Origin: Candidatus Bathyarchaeia archaeon
GTDB taxonomy: Archaea; Thermoproteota; Bathyarchaeia; Bathyarchaeales; Bathycorpusculaceae
Assembly (NCBI GenBank): GCA_050010515.1
Contig: JBEKKX010000013.1
Span: 1-64,000, forward strand
Reading direction: 5' to 3'
Length of the DNA stretch: 64,000 nucleotides
Position numbers and translations under genes: made by a program. The notes under the pieces are model-generated. The model made no database searches, was not told where the DNA came from, and was given only the letters and a program-made list of their open reading frames with translations. Below are positions 1 to 8,708 of this stretch, in pieces. Position 1 is the stretch's first letter; each line of letters opens with the position of its first letter.

Positions 1-457
1 GACTTTTCGGTTTTGGAAAGTTGCGACTTTGTGTGGTTTTTGAGGTGATGGTTTGTTTGGTTTGGTTGCGCAGGTTATTTGTATATTTGTAATTATACAA
101 ATTTGAATTATACAGTTGGTCCCAGAGGATCATTTATACTGTTCACCTGACACATCCCTCTTTTTTTTGGGTCTTCATATGTAGAAAGGATAACGGTTTG
201 GCTCGCTGCAAAGCAAAGACGTTGACTAAGTAAGGAGGTCACATCTGTCGACTTGACTACACCACAAAACTCTTTTTCCGTTGGCAAGTCCTCGGCAAAA
301 TAGCAGGTTAACACTTACTTTTCAGAATTTCAACCATTGCTTTGGGACAAGTAAAAAATGCATGAATGAGTATACTGTAGCAGCAAATCTTGCTCTTACA
401 TAATTGTGTAAAGTCTCTCTTTTCTTTAGAAAGTATTACACCTAATAGATTGGCTCA

Positions 458-946
458 TTATATCCAGCGGCGTACTCTCTCGCAATACTGCTCATAGGCT
501 TCTCCGAAGTTTTTTCGCAATTGTTTCTCTTCAACTGGAATGACAATCCAATTGAGATAGTACACTACAAAAAGTAGTAGAATAAGAGACCAAACTAACG
601 TAAAAATCCCTGATATGCCAATAAAAATCAGGAACAGACCTATGTACATAGGGTTACGGCTGAATCGATAAGGTCCCCAAGTTATTAGCCTTGTCGAAGT
701 TTGGTTGGGGTCTGTGGTGGTGTGCTCTTTACGGAAGAGCCATTGTGCCCACGCTGCAAGAGTCACACCGACCACTAATAACAGAATACTGAGAACTTGA
801 GTGATTGTAAGTAAGACAACTGAACTGATGGTCAGGGGAACTATGAACTGGATTCCAACTCCGACTAGGTATGGAATCAAGAATACCCATGGAACAGGGA
901 TGCGCATTAGGGGATGAATTTTGCCGGAGTTATTGTTGTTGCCCAT
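458..946 (-). CDS. Isoprenylcysteine carboxyl methyltransferase/PEMT family membrane protein
   Basis: TM helices plus LITWGPYRFSRNPMY and EE..L...FG..Y..Y...VRRWI motifs. Confidence 0.9.
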   Translation of the reverse strand: MGNNNNSGKIHPLMRIPVPWVFLIPYLVGVGIQFIVPLTISSVVLLTITQVLSILLLVVGVTLAAWAQWLFRKEHTTTDPNQTSTRLITWGPYRFSRNPMYIGLFLIFIGISGIFTLVWSLILLLFVVYYLNWIVIPVEEKQLRKNFGEAYEQYCERVRRWI

Positions 947-968
947 GTGATTTACCTTAGTGAGTAAA

Positions 969-983
969 TTACTTAGTAAGTAA
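969..983. promoter_or_regulatory. Palindromic operator TTACTTA-G-TAAGTAA, likely MarR site
   Basis: Perfect 7-1-7 palindrome between divergent PEMT and MarR genes; imperfect second copy at ~952-967. Confidence 0.6.
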
Positions 984-1045
984 GATATGTTTATTATAAA
1001 CTTATTTGCTCAAATAGCAGAGAACCAGTTAAAAGAGGGAAAAAA

Positions 1046-1510
1046 ATGGCTATCGAGGAAGATTTACCGTCCGGAGTTCTCTTTGGACGAGAATTCAGTA
1101 CATCAGTAGTATTGTTTCAAGAGGCAGTAGCATCTAAACTTGGACTCAATGCCACAGACTACCGATGTTTAGAATTAATAATAAGGAAAGGCTCAATGAC
1201 AGCCAAGGTTCTTGCTGAAGAAGTAAATCTCTCAACAGGAGCCATAACCGGAATCATTGACCACCTTGAAAAAGCCGGATACGTCGAACGCCAAGCTAAC
1301 CCAAAAGACCGCAGAAGCATAATCATAAACCCACTCATAACCCACAAAGAAATACATGAAAAAATAGGAAACACAATGGAATCCTACAGAACTGCCATGA
1401 CCGAACTCTTCAAAAAATACGATGCAAAGCAAACCGCCGCAATAGTGGATTTCCTCCAAGAATTTGTTCAAATCCTCAAAGACCAAACATCAAAGCTTAA
1501 AGAAAAATAA
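1046..1510 (+). CDS. MarR family transcriptional regulator
   Basis: LGLNATDYRCL..LSTGAITGIIDHLEKAGYVER..NPKDRRS wHTH signature. Confidence 0.93.
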   Translation: MAIEEDLPSGVLFGREFSTSVVLFQEAVASKLGLNATDYRCLELIIRKGSMTAKVLAEEVNLSTGAITGIIDHLEKAGYVERQANPKDRRSIIINPLITHKEIHEKIGNTMESYRTAMTELFKKYDAKQTAAIVDFLQEFVQILKDQTSKLKEK

Positions 1511-1703
1511 CCCATCAGCCCAAAAGTAACAAAAAGTCAACGAAACAGCACAAGTTAACAAATTGGCGCACTGCTGCGCTATTTTATCGTTGGTGTATGC
1601 TATTTTTGCGTGGTTCCTTAAGGAGAAGAGCTTGGCGGAAGAAGGCGTGCTCTTGTTTGATTTAAAAGACCCTGAAAACCTCATAGAAGCTTAACCGCAG
1701 GCT

Positions 1704-1949
1704 TTATTCATCTTCGTCTTGGTGTCTGAGCTTGTCAAGCTCTGCCTTAACTTCTTCAACGGTGATATTGTCTGGACCTGTGCCTATCCAGTCCCAAAAC
1801 GAGTTTAGAGGCTTAAGTAGCAATCCCTGTTTCTTCTCGATAATAACAAAAGCTTTGCCGTCTTCTATCTTGTACTTTTTGCGTATCCAAAGGGGAATAG
1901 TAACGTGACCCTTCTTTACCACGATTACCCTGTTTTTTCTCATGCCCAC
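1704..1949 (-). CDS. AbrB/MazE/SpoVT-family antitoxin (second copy)
   Basis: KKGHVTIP..IRKKY.I..G swapped-hairpin motif; paralog of 2371..2601. Confidence 0.85.
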   Translation of the reverse strand: MGMRKNRVIVVKKGHVTIPLWIRKKYKIEDGKAFVIIEKKQGLLLKPLNSFWDWIGTGPDNITVEEVKAELDKLRHQDEDE

Positions 1950-1994
1950 TCACTGTATATTTCTAATTATACAATTTCAAATTATACTATTTTT

Positions 1995-2378
1995 TCAGAT
2001 CCATGCCGTTTGGATTTCTTTGATTTGCTTAAAGTGAGGGTCGTCTGTGATGCAGACTGCCTTAAGTACAAGTGCTGTGGCGGCAATCATGCTGTCACCC
2101 ATTGGCAATTGGTATTTATGTTTTAGTTCTGCAGAAACCTGCGCTATTTGTTCGTCAACTGGAACTACTTTAAATTCTTCCAGTATATTGGCAACCTGCG
2201 TTTTTGCGGTTTCTCGGCCTTCGCGTGATATGGCGAGATTGTAGACCTCATGAATAACCACCGCGGAAATGTATCGGTTTTTCCTCAGCTTTTCCGCTCT
2301 CATTTTGTTAAGCAGCTGTTCGTTTTTGGAATAGTAATAGTCTGCAAAAAAACGGGTATCAAAGACTGCTTTATTCAT
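1995..2378 (-). CDS. vapC: VapC PIN-domain toxin
   Basis: VFDT, ISAVVIHE, GDSMIAATA, TDDPHF acidic tetrad; start overlaps antitoxin stop. Confidence 0.92.
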   Translation of the reverse strand: MNKAVFDTRFFADYYYSKNEQLLNKMRAEKLRKNRYISAVVIHEVYNLAISREGRETAKTQVANILEEFKVVPVDEQIAQVSAELKHKYQLPMGDSMIAATALVLKAVCITDDPHFKQIKEIQTAWI

Positions 2379-2601
2379 CTTCTTGCCTGAGTTTGTCAAG
2401 TTCTTTTTTTACTTCTTCAGGTGTTCCGTATTGAGAATATGCCCCTGCCATATCCCAGAATGACTTTTTAGGCTTTAGTATGATGCTGTCTTTTGTTTCT
2501 ATCACTTCAAGGCGTGTACCTTCCTCTATCTTGAATTTTTTACGAATTCTAACTGGAATGGTGGTCTGACCTTTTTTCTTTACGACAATTTCATTTTCCA
2601 A
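2371..2601 (-). CDS. AbrB/MazE-family antitoxin (VapB)
   Basis: KKGQTTIPVRIRKKFKIEEG motif directly upstream of PIN gene. Confidence 0.88.
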   Translation of the reverse strand: MENEIVVKKKGQTTIPVRIRKKFKIEEGTRLEVIETKDSIILKPKKSFWDMAGAYSQYGTPEEVKKELDKLRQEDE

Positions 2602-2603
2602 CT

Positions 2604-2621
2604 AAGTCATCCGTATGACTT
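2604..2621. promoter_or_regulatory. Inverted repeat AAGTCAT-CCGT-ATGACTT, putative TA autorepression operator
   Basis: Perfect 7-4-7 IR immediately upstream of the antitoxin start. Confidence 0.55.
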
Positions 2622-2700
2622 TTTGTAAAGTAACACTTTTAAATATTGTGGCGCGATAGGTTACAAAGGCTTTTTAACACAGCCAAACACTTCTAAGCCA

Positions 2701-3244
2701 GTGACCCGTATGAGCCTGCTTGAAGCCAACGACTTTATCGTGAAAAAGAAAATCCTCTCAGCCCATGAGCACTATGACTTCGAAGACTTGCAGGGCAACA
2801 AGCTGGGCGAAGCTGATGGCAGCCTCGTTCAGGTTCCGCCCAAGTTTGACATCAAAGATAACCATGGCTTGGAGCTTATGCATCTGCAGGGGAAAGTGTT
2901 CTCGCTGCACAGTGAGTTTACTTTTAACGGCTCAGCCGATGAGGCGCTGGGAACAATAAAGAAGAAGATAGCCAAGCTGGTTGGGCAAGAATTCTGGGTG
3001 GAAAAAAACGGCGAAGAGTTCATGCGAATCTACGGAAACTTCAGAGCACGAGTACCAGATGGAGATCGCTGGGGTTCCAGTTGCTTCTGTTCACAAGAAA
3101 TGGGTATCTGTAAGAGACCAACTTGGAGTATCAATAACAGGAGACGTTGACCACCGAGCAGTTATTGGAGCGGTTATTGTGATAGAACACGTAGAAGTCA
3201 CAAAGAGACAATCTTCATCAGGCCCAATGAACATAAATCTTTAA
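2701..3244 (+). pseudogene. LURP-one/scramblase (Tubby C-terminal-like) protein, frameshifted near 3043
   Basis: IVKKKILS..G..KKK..IYGNF continues in another frame as EHEYQMEI..VASVHKKWVSVRD, typical of the family. Confidence 0.8.
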
Positions 3245-3292
3245 CTAGACCAAGCTAGCCGACAGAAACCAAAAAACCGAAAAGAACAAGCG
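3079..3292 (+). repeat. Direct repeat copy 1 (~214 bp; 3' end of LURP gene plus downstream)
   Basis: Near-identical to 5452..5666 (about 7 substitutions and 1 indel counted by eye). Confidence 0.95.
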
Positions 3293-3369
3293 GTTTGTTT
3301 TTTGCTTTTTTCTGATTTTTTTAAGTTGCGACTTTGTCTGGTTTTTGGCATGTGGTGGTGTGGTAGTAA

Positions 3370-4680
3370 TTACACGAAGCTTTTAACTTTGAATATTCCT
3401 TCCGAAGCTTGTCTAGCTTTTGAAACATATTTTTCTGGGCAGAAAACATAAAGCGTTCTGACTGGTATAAGGGAGGCAAATATTGGAGACTCTTCATCAA
3501 ATGAAAAGAATGAACCGTTCTTCCTTTTTACGTAAATAGGCTTTTCTTTGCTTCCAAACGTTTGTTCAAACCGTTCGTAGAGTTTTATTTTAATACTTTG
3601 AACATGAACTGTAACATATGCAGAATTGATTCCTAACTCATCTGCTATTTTATTCTCCGCATCATATGTCTGCTGTCTAGTCATTTCTCCAATCTTCTTT
3701 CTTATAATTGGGTTGTCAACGCCATCTTTAGTTAAAGGAACTACCAATGCTCTTTTCAACAGGTTTCGGTTTCTGATGTCATTGACTAAGTTCTTTGCTA
3801 AGCCGTTTGAATTTAAGAGGATTTTATGTTGAATTGAAAAATCGTCTAGTTTTAAATAGTTTTCAATGAAATCCTCAGGGCTGGCTTTAAAATCAAGTTC
3901 TTCCTTAGTAAGAACTCCCTCTTCTAATGCTAGATTTATCGATTTTATGAACATGTCATCAGCAATAAGTCGAGTATGATGTTCATAGACTTGTATATGC
4001 ATTGCATATCTAGCCAGGCGATAACTTTCTAAGGCATCCTTGCCTTTTTCTCTTATTGCTAAGTAGTCCCGTCCGGATTCCGATAACTTGCATATCATTC
4101 TAATTACACGCTCAATATCAAAAATGCCATAGGTAACTCCAGTATGATACGAATCTCTACGCAGATAATCAAGCTTGTCAACATCAAGACTGCTGGAGAT
4201 AATATCTGACCCTATCGATTCACCGTTTAATGCATCCAGAACTTCATTCTTTAAGCCTTTTACAGCATTTTTAACTTGCGGGTCATGCTCCACTATAAGT
4301 TTCGTTATATTCTCATGCGAAAAATCTTCACCGTTTATCCATCTCATTGGCTCTTCCCAGATATGGGAAAAAGGTCCTTGGCCTACATCATGCAGTAGAG
4401 CCGCGACCCTTATACCCTTCTTCTGTTTACTTGGCAATCTTAATTGCGTGCAAATTCTATCACTTAGGTAAAGAGTTCCTAGTGAATGTTCAAGCCTTGT
4501 ATGAACTGCGCTTGGATAAACGATATAGGTATGTGCCAGTTGTTTAATTCTTGATAGGCGTTGCATAGCCGTAGTATTTAGCACTGCATTTTCTGTTTGA
4601 TTTACATCAACAAAACCATAAAGCGGGCATCTTATTATCTTAGGTTCACTAATAGATGACACATTTAACCCTGATCTCAC
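3370..4680 (-). CDS. HD-superfamily phosphohydrolase, SAMHD1/YwfO-like (putative dNTPase)
   Basis: QRLSRIKQL, HTRLEHSLG, LLHDVGQGPFSH, DVDKLDYLRRD, VYEHH motifs. Confidence 0.9.
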   Translation of the reverse strand: MRSGLNVSSISEPKIIRCPLYGFVDVNQTENAVLNTTAMQRLSRIKQLAHTYIVYPSAVHTRLEHSLGTLYLSDRICTQLRLPSKQKKGIRVAALLHDVGQGPFSHIWEEPMRWINGEDFSHENITKLIVEHDPQVKNAVKGLKNEVLDALNGESIGSDIISSSLDVDKLDYLRRDSYHTGVTYGIFDIERVIRMICKLSESGRDYLAIREKGKDALESYRLARYAMHIQVYEHHTRLIADDMFIKSINLALEEGVLTKEELDFKASPEDFIENYLKLDDFSIQHKILLNSNGLAKNLVNDIRNRNLLKRALVVPLTKDGVDNPIIRKKIGEMTRQQTYDAENKIADELGINSAYVTVHVQSIKIKLYERFEQTFGSKEKPIYVKRKNGSFFSFDEESPIFASLIPVRTLYVFCPEKYVSKARQASEGIFKVKSFV

Positions 4681-5246
4681 TTTTCAGTATCCACGAGGAT
4701 CAAGTGAAGTGCTTGTAGCAGTTTGACGCCTGCTTCAACCTCACTCTGGTTAAGTTTCCAACCAAATAATTTTCCTGCATTCATCGCCTCTGTATAATTC
4801 ATCGGTTTTTCAGTTTTCTTCAGGATAAAATGGACTTTTGATGCCCAAGAAAGTGAACGATAGTTACAATTTACAATTCTACTGCATGCATTTACCACTT
4901 TGGAGATTATCCTATGTTCGGTTGGGAATTTTTTATTGATGACTTCAGCAAACTGGTGCCCGTCTGCCGTTAGGTAATAATTGTACATTGTTCTGTTTCT
5001 TACGGTTTGCCTTGCTTTTTCTACCACAAAGTCAAATTCAACCAGAGTTTGAAGGTTGGACGCAACAATGGGACTAAATGGACCGTATAAATCGGCTTCA
5101 TAGCCTGCATCCATGTTTAACTTAACGGATGATAAGTACCCGAGCTTTTGGATAGCTGTTCTTCCATCAACACCCTCAGGGCAACTGCTTAATATTGTAA
5201 TTATTAACTCTTCTATATCCACATTGCTTCCCAACGACTTTATCAC
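4677..5246 (-). CDS. YwgA/Panacea (SocA, DUF4065)-like winged-helix protein
   Basis: GRTAIQKLGYL...YGPFS...L..L...Y.Y.LT..G pattern; overlaps the HD gene. Confidence 0.7.
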   Translation of the reverse strand: MIKSLGSNVDIEELIITILSSCPEGVDGRTAIQKLGYLSSVKLNMDAGYEADLYGPFSPIVASNLQTLVEFDFVVEKARQTVRNRTMYNYYLTADGHQFAEVINKKFPTEHRIISKVVNACSRIVNCNYRSLSWASKVHFILKKTEKPMNYTEAMNAGKLFGWKLNQSEVEAGVKLLQALHLILVDTEK

Positions 5247-5451
5247 AGAATTGTGTTATTAAACTTATGCAAAGGTTTATGTCAACTTTACAAGCAATAA
5301 CTCCCAAATAGGTTAGAGACTTGCTATAATCAACCACTCAGCCTTTTGTTTTTCATGCTTCTATGCTTTTTTAATCACAGCAGGGGTATATACAAACCAA
5401 TTTTTGGCAAGGTTTTTTTAGCGGTTGCAAAGGCTTTTTAGATGAAAACAA

Positions 5452-5666
5452 AGTTGCTTCTGTTCACAAGAAATGGGTATCTGTAAGAGACCAACTTGGA
5501 GTCTCAATAACTGGAGATGTTGACCACCGAGTAGTTATTGGAGCGGTGATTGTGATAGAACACCTAGAAGTCACAAAGAGACAATCTTCATCAGGCCCAA
5601 TGAACATAAATCTTTAACTAGACCAAGCTAGCCGACAGAAACCAAAAAAACCGAAAAGAGCAAGCG
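5452..5666 (+). repeat. Direct repeat copy 2 (internally deleted duplicate of LURP gene)
   Basis: Matches 3079..3292; preceded by GGTTGCAAAGGCTTTTTA (5423-5440), matching LURP upstream GGTTACAAAGGCTTTTTA (2659-2676). Confidence 0.95.
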
Positions 5667-5669
5667 CGT

Positions 5670-6005
5670 CTATTTTTTGCGTTTGTCGCATTGGAGGACT
5701 TTGGGGCAGATTAGGCATTCTTCTTGTGTTAGCATGGTTTCTCCTGGTGCGTGTAGGAGTCCGCTGAAGTGTACGCATTTGGCTGGTGAATCGAAGACGG
5801 TGGGGTATTCGGTTGGTTTGACGCTGATTATTTTTTCGTTTTGGGTGGCTATTTCAAGTTTTGACATGCAGAAGGGGCAGGCGTAATGGGTTTGTCTGGG
5901 GATTACGGATGTGTCTGTAATGACGGTTGGTTTATCGAATAGTTTTTCGCATCCCTTGTAGGGGCATTTGAGTTTTTCTTCGTTATGTCCGTGGAAAAGC
6001 TGCAT
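5670..6005 (-). CDS. Small double zinc-finger protein
   Basis: CPYKGC..CPFC and C.H..G.L...ECLIC.K...C; RBS-like GGGAGG upstream. Confidence 0.8.
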   Translation of the reverse strand: MQLFHGHNEEKLKCPYKGCEKLFDKPTVITDTSVIPRQTHYACPFCMSKLEIATQNEKIISVKPTEYPTVFDSPAKCVHFSGLLHAPGETMLTQEECLICPKVLQCDKRKK

Positions 6006-6226
6006 GTCAATCGCCTCCCGCGTTTGTTATACATCGAGTGTAGCAATATTTAATAAACCTTTCCGCACGAAATCATGTGCTGCATAACCGCACAACACAA
6101 CTACAACAAAAAGCAAACAAAGGCAAATTTCGCTAAATGTTCATAGACTAAACGAATACCAGCACGTTCACGCACTTTTATAGCCTAAAACATGCTGCTT
6201 ACTCAGCTGGTAGAGATAACCATCTG

Positions 6227-6254
6227 AAAAGTAACCAAAGCCTCGAGCGGCTTT
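6227..6254 (-). repeat. Degenerate copy of tRNA-Thr 3' end (att-like site)
   Basis: AAAAGTAAC-caa-AGCCTCGAGCGG-CTTT vs AAAAGTAAC-tgg-AGCCTCGAGCGGgCTTT at 7284..7312. Confidence 0.7.
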
Positions 6255-6295
6255 CGTTTAATTGCCCTTCTATAAGAGGAAAAAAGGTATATACT

Positions 6296-6955
6296 TTAAC
6301 TCGGGGCTACTGCGTATTTTTCTTCAGAATAGTTGGCTGAAACTTTAACTGGTAAGATAGATTCGACGGTGACAAAAATCAGACCTCCAATAGCCGATAG
6401 GCTGATTTCCGAATTTGAAAGCTGATAGAAATCTGCAAGTCGTTCAGGAATCTTCAAAACGATGCTTTCACTGCTTTTCCTGATGGGCACAGTCTCTCTC
6501 GAAAATGCCTTCCCATTCCACTCCTCTGTTTCTTGGTAAGCAATCCCGATGGTTGACCTAGATAAGGCGTAGACAAACGCTTTTTCTCTCCAGAGGTCTA
6601 AGTTTGCCATCTCTCGCGGTATCTCAATTTGATTTGCCGGTCGTTTCTCAAAGTCTGTTGGATAAACTGTTTTGATTAGCATGCCCTTCTTCAAATTATG
6701 TTTTATTGCGGCTTTGCCTTCTGCTGTTAAGCGGTTAACGCTTCCATCTACTTTTCCGTTTGTACATGCAAGGTTCTGGGCAATTTCTGAAATTGTGATG
6801 CCTGGCTTTTTTATAATTTGTTCCAGGACTGCGGCGTCGGTTGATTGCCCCTTCTTATGCATTACGAGGGGTGCTCCTGAGAGTCTGTTCAATTTGGTCA
6901 CTTTCTCTTTGGGATAAATGCGCAAAGTTCCTAATAAGCGTTTAGAAGCTTCCAA
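6296..6955 (-). CDS. Winged-helix domain protein of unknown function
   Basis: VLEQIIKKPGITISEIAQNLACTNGKVDGSVNRL HTH; true start may be internal (MHKKG). Confidence 0.7.
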   Translation of the reverse strand: MEASKRLLGTLRIYPKEKVTKLNRLSGAPLVMHKKGQSTDAAVLEQIIKKPGITISEIAQNLACTNGKVDGSVNRLTAEGKAAIKHNLKKGMLIKTVYPTDFEKRPANQIEIPREMANLDLWREKAFVYALSRSTIGIAYQETEEWNGKAFSRETVPIRKSSESIVLKIPERLADFYQLSNSEISLSAIGGLIFVTVESILPVKVSANYSEEKYAVAPS

Positions 6956-6996
6956 ACGATTATCAAATTAACAATAAAAACCCATAGGCTCCAACT

Positions 6997-7245
6997 ATGA
7001 CCAAGGCAGTGCTAATTAGCCCCGCAGCCTACAGATGGCTACAAAGACACCGATTCGCCTCCGAAGAAGTCATAATCGGCATAATCCTAAACTGCCCAAC
7101 AAGTGAGCGCAAGTACACAGACGACAACAGATTCCAAATCACCTTTAAAAGAAGAAAAAACGGCAAATTCACAAACATCACCTTATGGGTACACGAGAGA
7201 CAAGACTCATTTTACGTCGGCAAAATACATTCAGAAAAAGCATAA
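6997..7245 (+). CDS. Small basic protein, possibly RelE/BrnT-like
   Basis: 82 aa; beta-helix start (ISPAAYRWL) and C-terminal beta strands ending KIHS. Confidence 0.5.
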   Translation: MTKAVLISPAAYRWLQRHRFASEEVIIGIILNCPTSERKYTDDNRFQITFKRRKNGKFTNITLWVHERQDSFYVGKIHSEKA

Positions 7246-7292
7246 TTCCATAACCAAGATGTTTTGCCAGAAATCCCAAATATAAAAGTAAC

Positions 7293-7369
7293 TGGAGCCT
7301 CGAGCGGGCTTTGATCCCGCGGCCTGCTGCTTACGAGGCAGCCGCTCTACCAGGCTGAGCCATCGGGGC
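7293..7369 (-). tRNA. tRNA-Thr(CGT) with encoded CCA
   Basis: GCCCCGATGGCTCAGCCTGGTAGAGCG-GCTGC-CTCGTAA-GCAGC-AGGCC-GCGGG-ATCAAAG-CCCGC-TCGAGGC-TCCA cloverleaf. Confidence 0.93.
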
Positions 7370-7682
7370 ATCCATTTGCTAATCAGTGAAACCCAAGTTT
7401 TTAAATGTTAGTAAGACCGCGCAGGTTAAGCATCAAAAATTTAGCCCTTCCCTTTCTGATTTGCCTCATTGCAGCGCAAGCATCCACTCCCCCTCCATAC
7501 TATTTACAACCAACCCTGCTAAGTAAAAAGCAACACACCCCCTCCAGCATACACTCATAAAGTTGTCTTTCACACATAAATCAAAGGCTAGAAGCCAAGC
7601 TAAACGCTTACATAAGCGTCAGTTTTAAAAGGCTTAAGCAACCTAATGTTTTAACCTGTAGTTTTAGCGGAGAGATGACTGT

Positions 7683-8708
7683 ATGGGTAACGATAAAACT
7701 GGCGGCTATCCGAACAAAACAAGCACAGACATAGGTGAACGAAAAATAATCGAAATCATCGCCCACCACCTTGAAGTTATGCCTAATTCACCCGTGCCTT
7801 TCGGAGACGACGTTGCCGCTGTCAACTTGGACGAAAAACAAGTCGCCGTGTTGAAAACAGATATGCTTGTAGGCAAAACCGACGTACCTCCAAACATGAG
7901 CCTGTGGCAAGCCGCGCGCAAAGCATTAGTTATGAACGTAAGCGATTTTGCTTCTAAAGGCGTCCAGCCCACGGCAGCTCTTGTGTCGCTCGGGTTACCC
8001 CGAGGTCTTATGCGAAAAGACATCGAAGAAATTGCCCGTGGACTCAATGCGGGAGCACGAGAATACGGCGTTTACGTTATTGGAGGCGACACAGGTGAAG
8101 CCTCAGACTTTATCATTTCAGTTTCGCTTTACGGCACAGCCGAAAAAGCAGCACTAATGCTGCGTAATGGAGCTAAGCCAGGCGATATCTTGGCTGTTAC
8201 AGGTTTCTTCGGCAAATCCGTTGCTGGCTTACGTTTGCTTTTGGATAACTATTCAGCTTCAGCGGACCTGCGTGACGTGTTGTCGGGTGCAGTTTGCATG
8301 CCTAAAGCTAGGCTAAAGGAAGGCTTAGCACTCAGCCGCTCAGGCGCAGTGTCGGCTTCCATTGATTCCAGTGACGGTTTAGCTTGGAGTCTGCATGAGA
8401 TTGGGAAAATGAGTGGCGTCGGCTTCCTAGTTAACAGTGTTCCTGTTGCTGATGAAGTTAGACGATTTGCCGAGTTTAATCATCTTGACCCTTTGGAGCT
8501 GGCGCTTTATGGCGGGGAAGAATACGAGCTTGTGGTAACAATTAAGTCTAAAGGGTGGATTGATGCCGAAGCCGCGGTTGAAGCGGTCGGCGGATGCATT
8601 TTGCCTATTGGAAAAGTCACAAAGGATACGCAGATGCTTTTGGACGTTGATGGAAAGAAACATGTTATTGAAGCTCGCGGCTGGGAGCACTTTAAGAGTA
8701 AGATTTAG
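7683..8708 (+). CDS. thiL: Thiamine-monophosphate kinase
   Basis: FGDD, KTDML, NVSDFASKG, IGGDT, IDSSDGL, GGEEYEL, GWEHF. Confidence 0.96.
   Translation: MGNDKTGGYPNKTSTDIGERKIIEIIAHHLEVMPNSPVPFGDDVAAVNLDEKQVAVLKTDMLVGKTDVPPNMSLWQAARKALVMNVSDFASKGVQPTAALVSLGLPRGLMRKDIEEIARGLNAGAREYGVYVIGGDTGEASDFIISVSLYGTAEKAALMLRNGAKPGDILAVTGFFGKSVAGLRLLLDNYSASADLRDVLSGAVCMPKARLKEGLALSRSGAVSASIDSSDGLAWSLHEIGKMSGVGFLVNSVPVADEVRRFAEFNHLDPLELALYGGEEYELVVTIKSKGWIDAEAAVEAVGGCILPIGKVTKDTQMLLDVDGKKHVIEARGWEHFKSKI

Noticed and set aside
108-314. 68-aa minus-strand ORF
   Set aside because: No recognisable motif; may be a fragment; not supportable as a gene.
1590-1694. Plus-strand fragment VYAIFA..EEGVLLFDLKD resembling an archaeal ATPase/DUF234 C-terminus
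   Set aside because: Too short and lacks a clear start; cannot be assigned without a search.
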